Shown here one piece after another: positions 43,468 through 59,497 of a stretch of DNA of 64,000 nucleotides. A program made the translations under genes and the position numbers. The notes under the pieces are model-generated. The model worked only from the letters and a program-made list of their open reading frames with translations, searched no databases and was not told where the DNA came from. This DNA comes from Eledone cirrhosa (taxonomy: Eukaryota), in assembly GCA_964016885.1 (NCBI GenBank), contig OZ024750.1, positions 33,418,001-33,482,000 of the forward strand, given 5' to 3'. Numbering within the stretch: the stretch's first letter is position 1; every line of letters starts with the position of its first letter.

Positions 43468-43478
43468 TATATATATAT

Positions 43479-44613
43479 ATATACTATAAAGCTGGTAACA
43501 ATCTTTCCGCCAAACGGCTGGACCAAACAGCACCAAATTTACACAATAGATGTAACTTTTTCCAAGTAAAAAAGTGAGGGTATTTTTGTTTACTGAATTT
43601 TGTTAAAAGATTAAAGACATTATTTAAATAGTCACTTCTTTAAAATTTCAAATATCAACACTTCCGGTTATACGTCATTCCCCACTTTTTCTTATGACGT
43701 CGCACAACATTCACCTCTTTTTCTTAGTCTGTCTTTTTAGATAGATACATAGCTAGCTATAACGTAGCGACCTTATAATATGTCTCTGTATGTCTGACTG
43801 TCTGCATTAGATAACGTTTTTCGAAATATTTACTTCTGCGTTCACAGACGGATTCTTTTAGTTTCAGGAGATCCCGTTAAGGGTGAAAGCAGCGATTCTT
43901 TGCTTAAACTTTAATCTGTTATTTTAATATATATATTCGTGTACAGATATATTCGTGTACAGATATTTTTGCATACACAAAAACAAAAACCTATTTATTT
44001 CACGAAAGCACAGACGGCTTATCGTCATTGTTACTGTTCGTAGCTAGAGGACCACAGTCTTTCCAAGATCTGAGAACCATCAATGGCCATCAATGTTCCA
44101 CTTACCGTTTGGCTTGCCAGATGCGTGGTATGTTACACGATGACAGCCATTGGCACCTCACCCTGCAAGAAGCAGCAGCTGCTAAAGTCCCTTCTCAGCT
44201 ACGAAAACGTTTTGCTATTATGCTGCACAACTGCGATCTCGCCGACCCTCTCACACTGTGGAACAACTACCGTGAAAGTCTAGCTGAGGACATCCTCCAC
44301 CGCACACGCAGACACAATCCAAACGTAACATACGATGTCGTTTTCAATGAGGCACTCATTTGTCTTGAAAACAGTGTCCTGGAGATTGGTGGTGGGCCTC
44401 TAAGTCACTACAGCTTACCTGCTCCTGACAGGAGTGTCTAACAAAGTAATTTAAATATTTTCTGTTACTTGGAATTCCCATTATGGTTGTACAAATTATT
44501 GTTTGTTAACAAATGTGTTCTCTGTACAGCCTTTATTGTTGTAACTATCAATTTTCAAGCACAAAATGTAGACACCATCCCGAGGCCGTGGTATTCCGTA
44601 CTTCTCTGTACTG

Positions 44614-44652
<39 letters not shown>

Positions 44653-44797
44653 TATATTCGTGTACAGATATTTTGCATACACAATAACAAAATATAAACA
44701 AACGTATTAATTTCACGAGGCCTGATAAGGATAAATATATATCAAATATATAAGAACCTTAGAGCAAATCCCGAGCAATGCCGGGCCATTCTGCTAG
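43479..44797 (+). mobile_element. Non-autonomous Helitron with a Rep/Hel fragment
   Basis: 5' atactataaagc; 3' hairpin CCCGAGCAATGCCGGG then CTAG; no target duplication. Confidence 0.8.
44028..44441 (+). pseudogene. Helitron Rep/helicase linker-region fragment
   Basis: LL..RGPQSFQDLRTING....TYR.AC..RG.L.DD..W...L.EA.....P.QLR..FA.ML..C....P..LW......LAEDI. Confidence 0.85.
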
Positions 44798-44957
44798 TAT
44801 ATATATAAAGCTATAACAAGTTAAATCCAGAATACATTTATATCATTATTTGACATTTTATTACGTAAAACTTGCCCAGGCAAACTACCACCATTTTCAT
44901 CAGATTTTACTATTTCATTACACTGTATATATCTGTCTATCTCTCTATCTATCTATC

Positions 44958-44988
<31 letters not shown>

Positions 44989-44990
44989 CT

Positions 44991-45235
44991 ATGGTCCCGT
45001 AACTCCTGAGGAAGTCGTAAGGACGCCGTATTGAGATATGGCGTTTCTAGGGCATTTTAAAACCTGACGGAGCACATCTCATCTCCAGGTCTGAATACAG
45101 CAGATTTCTTCAGGAAAAGAACAGAGAGTGTGACAGAAAGGAAGTGAGAAAGAGATATAGAGTAAGAATCGACCCATTTCTTGACTGGTACTCTTTTATC
45201 GACCTCGAATGCATTAAAGGCAAAGTTAACCTCTT
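44991..45235 (-). mobile_element. SINE family A, long-tail subfamily
   Basis: Reverse complement of the 41940-42203 type. Confidence 0.65.
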
Positions 45236-47757
45236 CATTAGATTAAAATATTATTATTATAAACAAGATCTCCTCCTCGTATATTTCTAATCTTATTTTG
45301 TTTATCTGTTGTTAATATGAAACACTGATTCTTATATACGTTTCTTTTTAAGAAAACGTATACTTTATGAACTGTGTAGAAACCTTATACAAATTATACA
45401 GCATATCTTTATAAACTCTGCTATATATAGCTATATATATAATATCTTATTAAAATCTAGTCTATATAATTATATATAAGAATAAGATAAATAGAATAAA
45501 GATATATGATACAAAGAAACCAATGTATTATTTTGTTTTGTTTTGTTTCTTCAATATATGTTGTACCACTCTTCATTATTATCGTGTAACTATTTAAAGA
45601 TCTTACATAGGTTTGTTTCATTGCTTAACATGTACAGAATATTACAATATATAAGAAAATATATATACTAAATGCGTAACAAAATTCATGCCGAAATATT
45701 TATTGATTATGGAGTTGTATAGTTAAGGTAAGGCATTGTGAGACGTAATTAAACTTGACTTAGGGAAGTCTAGTATAATGTACGTTAGAAATAAAGGAGC
45801 GAAAGTGGGAGTGAAGTAAGACAAAACAACACTTTATACATTACATGATGGCGCGAGGTTAAAAGAAAAAATAATAGACTGACAATGTTGACGAGATCGA
45901 ATCTTTTTCACAGATATATGTGGTTGGAGAAGTGATTGACATATGCAGATTAGTAGAATTATAGTAGCCAAGCAGCTTCCTGCAATTCATGTACGGTGTT
46001 ATTAGAAAGCGTTAACCTATTGTTAATAATAGCATCTTGGATTCTTAGGTTTCCGATGTTCCGTTTGAAAATTTGACGGAAGGATATTACTGATTCAATG
46101 GACATCAGTTTATGACTGGTATTTAATTCATAATTCATGAAGTCCAGTAGAATAACTGCTGAAAGTAGCCTCGACTGGATTTGAACTCAGGACGTGAATG
46201 GATAATACTAAATACTGCAAGGCTGTTTCTCTGCCTTACTATCAATTCTGCTAATATCTCTCCATGTATCTTAGTTAATAGCTACAAACAAAATCCATAA
46301 AAGCGGTGATAACTGTTTAGGGTCTTCAAGTAATAAAGCCTTGAATTATGATTTATATTCAAAGTTATGTTCCCTGTTTGTTGCTCGAATATCACCAAAA
46401 ATAGATTTCATATGTAGAGAAAAATGTCTTTAAATGGAAGAACTAACTCTGAAATTATTTATAAATTTCATTGTTATAGTAGCAAAATAGATATGGTTTT
46501 TTTTTTTCTTTTGTGAGGGCATATTACAAGCAGAGAAAGTTTAAATTGAAATTGAATAATGTTTACATATTTTAGGAATTATATATACAAAACTCTTCCA
46601 TTGCTAATAAAAACTGTATATGGTATAGAATTCCATGTAAACGTTTTTAATCTGTATTTTAAAAAAATATTTCATTTCAATAATCTAAACATATTTCACT
46701 GTAAATGTACTTCTTTGTGAAATGTAAGTTATGTAGTTGTAAACAGCTCCAGATAAATACTATTTGAATTTTTTAACTAAATCTTACACGTCTATAGTTT
46801 CATATTCCGCAGTAAATTTTTTTATCTGTCTTTACTGTTTATTACACACTCTCTCATCTCTCACCCTCTCTCTCTCTATCTCACCCTCTATCTCTCTCTC
46901 TCTCTCACCCTCTCTCTATCTATCTCGCTCTTCCTCATTCTCTCTCTCATCCTCTTTTCTTCTTTCTAACTCTTTCATCTCTCACCAATGTCCCAATTTC
47001 TTCCTGTTTCCCTCTCTATATTTTTCTATCTTTCTCTTATTTTTTCTCATTATTCATTGAGCTATTATATCTTTTGTGAACGAAAACAGCTTCAGATAAA
47101 ACATATTTCAAATACAAACAAACTAAAAATACAGAAGATAATATGTGTAATGCTGTACAAAAGTAGAAATGAAAGGAATTATAGAGCCGCATTTTTTTTA
47201 ACAAAAAATAGAAATAACTCTTGCAAAATCAATATGAACATATGGCAAATATTAAAATCAATGTCATTACCAATGTGAAACCTCAGTTACATAAAAATGC
47301 AGGATATATAATGTTTGTTTTTGTTTTGTTTTGTTTTACTTTTTCATTTATTTTCCCCAAGAAAAATTGATACGGGCAAAGAATTTACTCTGTTACTATA
47401 GAAACAGAGTTGATAGGTTCTTATGAATCACATTCTTGAAAAATAAGATAAAAGAAACATTTATTTTACCAGTACATGCAGAAGTTTAATGCGGAATTCG
47501 ATTCCATATTGAAGAGAATAATTTGGATTTATTTTCTCCAGGATAGGATGCTAGTCTATTGAATATTATATTTCCTTTTTTTGCTTTTGTTTTTTTGTTA
47601 TTTTGACTGGTTTCAGTCCCTAGACTACGGTCATTGATATAGCCAATCATATCGACTTCAATACTTATTTTATCGATCTAATTGTTCACCGCGAATTTAC
47701 GGGGGGTAATCACAGACAGTCTGAAACGAAAACACGGATACGGACAAAGACACATTG

Positions 47758-47836
<79 letters not shown>

Positions 47837-48051
47837 GAAGTTATATTTAATTTGCTGGGATTCAAACAAGCTATATATATATATATATAGTATTTACGTA
47901 TCGAGAAAGAGAAAAAAAGGGGGGATAGGTGATACATATAGTTATTTGCCAAGTAGCGTATGCCAAAGGTGCTCGATGCTAGTGCCGGCAGTATTAAATA
48001 TTCGAAGTGTTAATATTTAGTGGGCTAGAGAGTTAGCAGAGCGTAAGCACG

Positions 48052-48723
48052 TGGGAAAGTAAAAAATCGGAGAATAGACCGTTAAAACATGTTTATTTAA
48101 AATATCACCTACGTACGTTTCGCCCAGTTGGGCTTCTCAAGGGCATAAATAATCACAAGTGTTCCTTATATTGCTCGGAAAGAGTTTTGGGGGTTAAATC
48201 CACATCAAGGTTCATTGCTCGCAAAAATATCTTGTTTTGATTTTGCAGCAGGTCAAGGGAGGTAACTCTGGCCGGTGTTAGGGCAGTCTTTCCCGGAAAA
48301 TTTTTTTTTTTTTTTTTTGCCGCATCTGTTTGTCTGAGGCTGGGTCTGGTATGCAAGGATTGTTTTCTGGGTGTTATTTTGCAGCGCTGCAAAATAACAC
48401 CCAGAAAACAATCCTTGCATACCAGACCCAGCCTCAAACAAACAGATGCGGCAAAAAAAACAAAAAAAAACAAAAATTTGTCCGGGAAAGACTGCCCTAA
48501 CACCGGCCAGAGTTACCTCCCTTGACCTGCTGCAAAATCAAAACAAGATATTTTTGCGAGCAATGAACCTTGATGTGGATTTAACCCCAAAGACTCTTTC
48601 CGAGCAATATAAGGAACACTTGTGATTATTTATGCCCTTGAGAAGCCCAACTGGGCGAAACGTACGTAGGTGATATTTTAAATAAACATGTTTTAACGGT
48701 CTATTCTCCGATTTTTTACTTTC

Positions 48724-48726
<3 letters not shown>
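48052..48726. mobile_element. Spacerless ~675-bp palindrome (centre 48385/48386) with a hammerhead motif in each arm
   Basis: Arms are reverse complements apart from the poly-T/A run and isolated substitutions; ends at (TA)n; terminal piece recurs at 55422-55472. Confidence 0.9.
48631..48675 (+). ncRNA. Minimal hammerhead motif, U3-A8 variant (mirror at 48103-48147 minus)
   Basis: TATGCCC-TTGAGAA-GCCC-AACT-GGGC-GAAAC-GTAC-GTA-GGTGATA; helix I has a 2x2 mismatch. Confidence 0.65.
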
Positions 48727-48793
<67 letters not shown>

Positions 48794-48982
48794 ACAGCTA
48801 ATTGCAGACTGTATCGAGTACTCTGCTGAATAAGAGTCTCATTAGTTTAAAACTGGTAAGTTCCTTATACATATATACGACGAACTTCTGCACTTCCAGT
48901 CAACCAAATTCTTCTCACAATGCATTCATCATCCCAAGAATATTGTAAAAGACACTTACCCAAAGTACTCAGGAGTATAGCT

Positions 48983-49067
<85 letters not shown>

Positions 49068-49070
<3 letters not shown>

Positions 49071-49186
49071 CAAAGAGGGTGTGGTAAGATACCAGGTGGA
49101 CCATAACGCACCAGAGTACTCAATACTTAGGGTAGTAGAGTGGGTAATAGGAAAAGAACCAGGACCCCCACGGCTGAGCTCCGGCC

Positions 49187-49188
<2 letters not shown>
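49068..49188 (-). mobile_element. Family P copy between (TA)n tracts
   Basis: Consensus match, truncated inside the helix III hairpin. Confidence 0.75.
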
Positions 49189-49234
<46 letters not shown>

Positions 49235-49749
49235 GGAGAGAAAGAGAGAGAGAGAGTAATAATAACGAAATGTGCGTATGTTTTAAAATAATCATTTTAA
49301 GATAACTAATTTAATCAAACCTATAAATATTCTAAATTTAAAACAAGCATGGGAGATAACTCCACAAGAAATTAGCTGATCTAAATGTTTGTTGAATTGA
49401 GGGATATAGATGGAAATGGTTCTTTGTTTTAAAGCCAACTGTTAACACCAACAACTCTGTTTGGGTTGTTATAGCACAGCGCCGGATAAGTATAATCTTT
49501 TAGTTATATTGTTAACACACATAATCAGCGTTATTACATTCCCACTATTTCAATATATATATATATCAATTGTGTTTCAAACTGACGATAATATGCTTCA
49601 TTGACGAGGTGTAATAAGGCCTAAACATACCCATTACTTTCAAAAGCTGACTTTATAAACAAAATCCACTTCCATATGCATTGTCTTTATTAATGAATAT
49701 TTTCCCAAAATTTAGATTATCTGACCTTATTCCCTTCTTGTATTTGTAT

Positions 49750-49878
49750 TACGTCCCTTTACGATCTGAGTTCAAATCCCGCCGAGGTTGACTTTGCCTT
49801 TCATCCTTACGGGGTCGATAAAATAAAGTACCAGTAATGCACTGGGTAATTGCTGGCCTTGTGCCTAAAGTAGAAACA
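49750..49878 (+). mobile_element. SINE family A, 5'-truncated
   Basis: Consensus match. Confidence 0.85.
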
Positions 49879-51197
49879 TGTATTTGTATATATATTTTAT
49901 TATCGATTAAAAACGCTTAAAAGACAAATCTGACTTTAGCAGGTTTTGAAACCAGAATGCAAAGAACTAGTACGAATACCGTAAGACATTTTAGTCGACG
50001 CTCTACTTATTGTGGCAAATTAACACCCGAATAGCATAGTAAGACCCCTTTAAATCAACTATATCCCGAATGAATACATATACAACTGACTTCAACGACA
50101 AGAAATCAATATTTTCGTTCTAACTACAGTGGAAGGCAGATCAGTAAAATTGAACAAAATTCTTTGCTGTATTTTGGTTACCTTTATTTAGATTTAGGTT
50201 CTCAATTTGAACAAGGTTAGTTGTTGACTTTACCATTCCCTCTTTTGGTGTCAATAAATAAGTATCAATGAAATGCTAGAGTCTATTCAATCGACTGTAT
50301 CTGCTTTGTAAAATGTTTGGCTTTCTGCCAATCTTACAAATCAATATATTTTCCCCGTTCGTGATTTATTCAGGAGGTTGTGCACGAAAACAGTAAATCT
50401 GATGTGTTAGCAAGTGAAGCATCTCCATGAAGATATAAATTGTACATAAAATCATTGACCGATGTCTCTTCCGTGTTTAGATCGTTTTCATGTTATTTTT
50501 GTCTCAAACTTTTAGCAGCTTTTTTTCCTTTTCCCAATGATCTCATAGTTTTTATTAGGATATAAGATAATTCTAAAATATATTAAATACTTTTAAGTAT
50601 CAACTTTAATATACTATGAATAAATTTATATTTATTCTTAATATTAACTCATGCTAATATTATTAGTTCACACATTATCTTTGGCTTCAAACTTTTCATA
50701 ATTCATCATTTTAATTATTATTGTATCTAAAAACAAAAAAAAAACATTATGCCATTTCTAATACTATTTAATCTTTTTGCATCGTTTTTTTTGCATCATT
50801 TAATTTTTCAATCCATTACAAAACTATGCGCATTTCATTAATATTTAATATCTAAATTCTACCGGGTCTCTACTTAAAATAGTTATAAGTTTTATTTTTA
50901 GTGTTATGGTTATGTATGTCACGTTTTTTTTTACATTATTCTGTTTGTAAGTAACAAACTTTGACTTTGTATAGAATTATTTTATAATAAAAATGGTTTT
51001 ATTTCTATTAACTGACAAACTTTATATGCCTGTATGACACGGTACAATGTATTGAAAATATTTTTCCTTCAAGAAACCTTCAATAGAAAATTTTTCCTAC
51101 CATATTTCCAAATGAATTAACGGAGAAATAATGTATTTCATGACCTGCACTGTAAACTACTACACAAAGTTCTATGAATACATATATATATATATAT

Positions 51198-51297
51198 TTA
51201 GTATAAGAGAGACGTTTTTATTCATACATCTTCATGTTATTACCTAATAGGTAATAAAACGAAGATATACGAATAAAACCGTCTCTCTTATACTAAA
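51198..51297. repeat. ~100-bp hairpin next to (TA)n
   Basis: ttagtataagagagacg...attacct-aat-aggtaat...cgtctctcttatactaa. Confidence 0.8.
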
Positions 51298-51534
51298 GCT
51301 CCGGTTGATGGAAAATCCTAAGGAATACAAATCCTAAGGAATACAAATCGTAGAGTCTTGTACGTGTTTGCGAAACGTCGGCAGATTATTTTATCATCCA
51401 ACTGAATAATATATATCTATATATCTGTATTAGAATTTCGTATTTCTAAAGAAATACGGTATGTTTACAGGTAAACATTTGGAAAGCCGTAGCTATGCAA
51501 AACAACGAAATTCTAATACATATCTGTATAAAGC

Positions 51535-51628
<94 letters not shown>

Positions 51629-51686
51629 ACTGGAAGGTATTATCCGTAGCGGTAGAGCATTCAGTCCATGGGACGAGTTTGGTAGA

Positions 51687-52104
51687 AGTAGTAACACAAC
51701 AGTTAGTTCACCATACCGAGAACAATTGTTTCGCCTGATGCGGATCTTCATATCGGACTGGTAATGGTTATACGGAACAGGAAGAACAACCGTATGAACG
51801 CGCATGCGCAGAAACGGTCACTTCACCCAAGCGATACAAAACCACGGATGAAAGGTGTAAGGCAGATTACTGCAAATATCCGGAATAAAATGTTCGAGTT
51901 GATTAGAAAATTAGAATGTTGTTATTCAATCCAGAGCTTTGTAGTTATGCAACAGGTGTTTCCAGATATGTGGACAACGTGAGAATATTTCATCTCTTAA
52001 ATTTAAGCAATCCTGTTCCGTATAACCATTACCAGTCCGAGATGAAGATCCGCATAAGGTGAAACAATTGTTCTCGGTATGGTGAAATAGCTGTTGTGTT
52101 ATTA

Positions 52105-52106
<2 letters not shown>
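51687..52106. mobile_element. Fold-back element (arms 51687-51782 / 52011-52106) with a hammerhead-like motif
   Basis: Right arm CCGAG-ATGAAGA-tccgcataaggt-GAAAC-AATT-GTT-CTCGG at 52037-52077; position 3 is A instead of C. Confidence 0.7.
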
Positions 52107-52168
<62 letters not shown>

Positions 52169-52240
52169 AATAGCACAGGCCCATGTTGATAGAGGAACAC
52201 GTCCATCAACTACTTACGTATGTCATATATACATATATAA

Positions 52241-52290
<50 letters not shown>

Positions 52291-52498
52291 ATATGTATAT
52301 ATGTATATGATATATATATGCGTATATATAAGGATGGACGATACTCGAGTTCGGGTATAGATTGAAGGTACCCTTTTACATGTGTTGTATTGAAGCAAAT
52401 AAACTGTGTCTACTCTGGGATTTTACATAATATTACCTATTGAGTACGAGATGCAACTGGTACTAGCAGTGAAACCCATGCTAGTCCCGTCAACCTAT

Positions 52499-52628
<130 letters not shown>

Positions 52629-53082
52629 GTTATTATACACACAGTTATATAGTTATGTGCATTTACCATCATGTAAGCGGTTTATTCCACAAAATATAAA
52701 ACTCTGCATCAAGGGTGAAGCGGATGTAAATTGTTCTTTTAAAGTTTTTTAGTCTAACGTGAAATTCATAAGAGTCAAAGCCATCCGAAATTGTGTAAAT
52801 ATGTATATACACATGTACCGCACAGTTAAACCACTGGGAGTGAAGAACCCCTAGCCTTTGTCAAGGCATTCTTCTAGGAGAAAGCAACTCAGGAAACTGG
52901 GATAACTCCGATATAAAACCTGCGGCTCAGTAGTTACCGATGATGTTGATCTTTTATTCTTTTGGGGTTATAGCTACTGTCGCTCAGAGAGTGGGATTGG
53001 CTCAGTGCACAGTCTTTCCTCACTTTAAAAAATATCTTCACGCACAGGCATTGCACGATAGAATTAATTAATAATTATTAAT

Positions 53083-53262
53083 AATCGTTTCTACTTTTGG
53101 CACAAGGCCAGAAATTACCCAGTGCATTACTGGTACTTTATTTTATCGACCCCGTGTCGATGAAAGGCAAAGTTAACCTCGGCGGGATTTGAACTCAGAT
53201 CATAAAGGGACGTAGCTATGCTAGAAAGCATGTCCAACCCTCTACCGATACTGCCAATTCAC
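53083..53262 (-). mobile_element. SINE family A
   Basis: Consensus match. Confidence 0.85.
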
Positions 53263-53519
53263 AATGGAATATCGTGCATTGGTCATACTCGATAACGAGG
53301 GAGCAGCCATCAGCAAGTATGTATGTATATATGTGTATGTGTGAGCGTGTTAGTTTGTATTAGATCAAATAAATTAACGATATTTATTTCAAACGTTTTT
53401 ATTTTTTAAGTTCTGCATTTTAAAATAGATATATGATTAAATATATTAAGTGGTTCAGTAATTATCCATGAAGTAGTTGAAACTAGACACCAATGCCAAC
53501 TTTTAAAACGAAAGGATGT

Positions 53520-55882
<2,363 letters not shown>

Positions 55883-55937
55883 TATACGTATAATATAAAT
55901 ATATATACAATTGTATATACACACATATATATATATA

Positions 55938-56036
<99 letters not shown>

Positions 56037-56076
56037 ATATTTTTATGTATATATATATATATCTATATATATATAT

Positions 56077-56695
56077 GGAGTGAAAGTTTTAGTAAGTAAG
56101 TTAATTTTTTTAATTCTTTTTAAAATTTTCTTATTTTACGTCTTTCATATTATTGTTCTGCATCCTCCTGCATTGAACCACCTAGGTACTATGACATAAC
56201 TTATGTATTTGCTAGCATTAGCGTACATCTGTACGCATATGTTAGTAGATATACTAAATTCTCTATATTTATCTCCAAATTATTTATTTTGTTGAGCAAA
56301 CCTGCCAAAACCACTACTAATTTATTGGTGTGGTAGTAGGCTTCTGTCATCTTACCATCCCACTCCTACCGACTAGCCTCAGTGTCACGTGATTGATTCT
56401 TTAGAATCTGCCATTTGACCAGAGACAGCGAGCTTTTCAGTGCATGGAATCCAGTCCCCGCTAGCTGTTCCATCTACCGAATTATTATTATTTTTATATG
56501 AGTCCCCAGTGTCCGCGCATTGCCTGAAGACTTAGCTGAGAATAGACTCCCTGATGACGCAATGAATTCTCGACGGTTATATTACGTAACTGTCTTTATC
56601 CCATTGCAGAAACTAATTAGTTGGAGTGAAAATTTTAGTAAGTAAGTTAATTTTTTAAATTCTTTTTAAAATTTTCTTATTTTACGTCTTTCATA
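56077..56695 (+). mobile_element. Partial-tandem (pLTR/retrozyme-like) element, 546-nt unit plus ~73-nt repeat, in (TA)n
   Basis: ggagtgaaa(g/a)ttttagtaagtaag...tctttcatat at 56077 and 56623. Confidence 0.8.
56546..56627 (+). ncRNA. Type-I hammerhead ribozyme motif
   Basis: ACTCC-CTGATGA-cGCAATG...CATTGCa-GAAAC-TAATTA-GTT-GGAGT. Confidence 0.75.
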
Positions 56696-56742
56696 TATAT
56701 ATATAGTAAGGTACTCAATACTCGAACTGAGAAGAAGGAATC

Positions 56743-56793
56743 AGCTTCCTGATGATTTCTCACGAATGAAACAGTTGTAGTCCTGTAGAAGCT
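56743..56793 (+). ncRNA. Type-I hammerhead ribozyme motif (family Q)
   Basis: AGCTTC-CTGATGA-tTTCtcacGAAt-GAAACAG-ttgtagtc-CTGTA-GAAGCT; enclosed by inverted agtaaggtactcaatac / gtattgagtaccttact. Confidence 0.7.
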
Positions 56794-56890
56794 TTTTTAT
56801 ATTAAACATTTATACTCTGCTTTGTATTGAGTACCTTACTTACTTACTGTGGTTACTCCCGATTCAACCCGGGATTAACTTATAACTATA

Positions 56891-56956
<66 letters not shown>

Positions 56957-57134
56957 TTATATGTATATATATATATGTGTGTAGCGTGTTTGTATTCCTT
57001 AATATTGTATAAGCAAGATGTGTTAATTTAATATCTTTTTAATAGAATGTTTGTATTTCATATCATATGAAATGCTCTACTCATTTCATTTTTTAATTGT
57101 AGGATTAGTCACTAAGCTTGGGATATTTAAGTTA

Positions 57135-57300
57135 GGAGCCCCAGGAGGTGAGGTTGCTGTTGCAGCGAGTGCCGCTGGCTATTGTACGCGGGAATGCTTT
57201 TGTGGTTCTGTCCGCGGACGAGCCCTTACGCCTTGCCCTAGACAGGCCTAATCATCTTACCCATTCTACTGTGACACTTGATGACCTCCATCCGAGCCTT
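57135..57300 (+). mobile_element. CRE-like element extreme 3' fragment
   Basis: EVRLLLQRVPLAIVRGNAFVVLSA parallels the end of the 6765-7150 fragment. Confidence 0.6.
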
Positions 57301-58260
57301 ACTAATCTTACATTTTTCTTTGACTATTTTCCTATTTTACATCCATTCCGTTCTTCTCTAATCTTAAATTTTCTCTTTTCCTTTTCATTCAGTCTTCTAC
57401 TGAAATTCATAATATTATTTGTGTGTTTTACATGATATATTCGTAAAGTAAATGAATTTTTGTTGATGACTGTTAATAAAAAGTGTACACAAATAAAAGT
57501 ATTGTGCTAACACTAGTTTACAACAAAACCTGATATTAATGACTTACAGAAATCTGAAGACACAAAGTCTTTGAATAATATTCTACTGTTTGATGAGTCA
57601 TTACTCGAAGAAGAGGAGAATGAAGGGTGTTATAAAAATATCGCAAGAAGTGTAAAATTCAAAAGTAATTAGTATAAGAAGAGACCTTGCGATATATATT
57701 TTGTATAATGTGTATGATGAGCATTCCATTCAGGTGATTTGCTTCCGTAGACAATTAATTTAATGCAATCAATTACATATAAAAATAAATAAAAGAATTT
57801 TAAAATCTCAGAAAACATTCTAGATAATCAAAATTTGTGTAATTATATGTTTTGCTTAGATGCATCCATTTTTGTTTTCTTCCAGGGGAGTTGTTTAATC
57901 GCCATAATTGCATGATTTGTTCTCAGGAAATCCAGGAAAATTGTTGTTATTGGAATTTTACTACTTTGAATTCTATTAGTTTGAAAATTTGGAGTCCCAA
58001 TTCTTTCTAAAACTACATACACCTGGTGTCATGAACACATTTAATATCGTAATAAATGTGAATATCGGGGAAACTAATCAAACTGTTCTTCACTGTATTA
58101 AGCAGGAATAAATACCTGGTTTATTGACAGAGTATATTTCAGACACTTTAGGCATGCGTATTAGATATGCGGGTATAATTTTGTAATTTTATTCACAAAC
58201 TGACTCGGTGTTTTACTACTTTAGTTAACACACACGGAAACATGTGCCTATGTGTTAAGG

Positions 58261-58316
<56 letters not shown>

Positions 58317-58328
58317 ACACACACACAC

Positions 58329-58409
<81 letters not shown>

Positions 58410-58411
<2 letters not shown>

Positions 58412-59018
58412 GTGGCTGTCAACTCGTTTTCGAGTACGGCTACTACTTTATATCCATGTAGGAGAACCCCTACTGATGCGCTGAACGAGTGTGACTTTTT
58501 AGTCCAGCCAGCGACTTGAAAACTCTGGTACAAACACAACACTTGTGACAATTATTGACACATACTGCTGGGCCCATGGTACCATGTGACGACAAGTGCA
58601 GAGAGATCGCCAGATATAAACCAATGTCTGTGCCGTGAAGCTTTTATAGTGAGCAAAGGCACTGCACAAAGCCAGTCCCACTCTCTTAACCAAGATGATA
58701 TTTACCAAAAAGAAGAACAAGTCAACATCATTGGATACCATGAGGGTTGCAGGTGTTATATCAGAGTTTTCCTTCTCCTAGAATTGCCTTGACAAAGGCT
58801 AAGGGGTCATCTCTCCCGGTGATTTTGGATGGCCATTGACTCTTAAGAGCTCCTTTGCCCTTTGACAGGTTTTGTTTTTAGTCCTGCAGGATGTCCAAAG
58901 TCACCCTCCTCGCCAAGAAACCTTGGTGGGGTTGCCAGTTTAGTCGCCAACGACCCGACCATGGGACAGGTTGTACTGGAATACATGTTACCAGGAGCAC
59001 CAACTGGTGACCTGACAT
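58410..59018 (-). mobile_element. ~600-bp non-coding interspersed element, copy 2
   Basis: Reverse complement of 41225-41835. Confidence 0.8.
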
Positions 59019-59041
59019 AATATATATATATACATACATAC

Positions 59042-59098
<57 letters not shown>

Positions 59099-59405
59099 CC
59101 AATAGTAACTAAATGTTACACACCAATACACTGTATCACTATATATATAGTGTATTTATATTATATACATGTATATATATTACTTAAGAATGCATAGTAT
59201 GTAAATAAGAACCAGATGCTGGTGTTAATACACATGTTTCCCACTGAATATCTAATTCACAAACAAGCATAGGCTGCTTAAATAGGTTCCACTACAGTAA
59301 TTTGTTATTACTCATCAGCTGGGTATATATATATATAACCTGATGATTTCATATGCATGAAACAGTTTTAGTCCTATAGAAGTCATTTCTATATAACATA
59401 AAGAT

Positions 59406-59439
<34 letters not shown>

Positions 59440-59497
59440 TAAAAAAATAATGAATAAAACAATGAAACAGTTCCTTATATTAAACAAAAAAAGATCA

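Noticed and set aside
57520-57672. Short open stretch DINDLQKSEDTKSLNNILLFDESLLEEEENEG
   Set aside because: No recognisable family or confident splice sites
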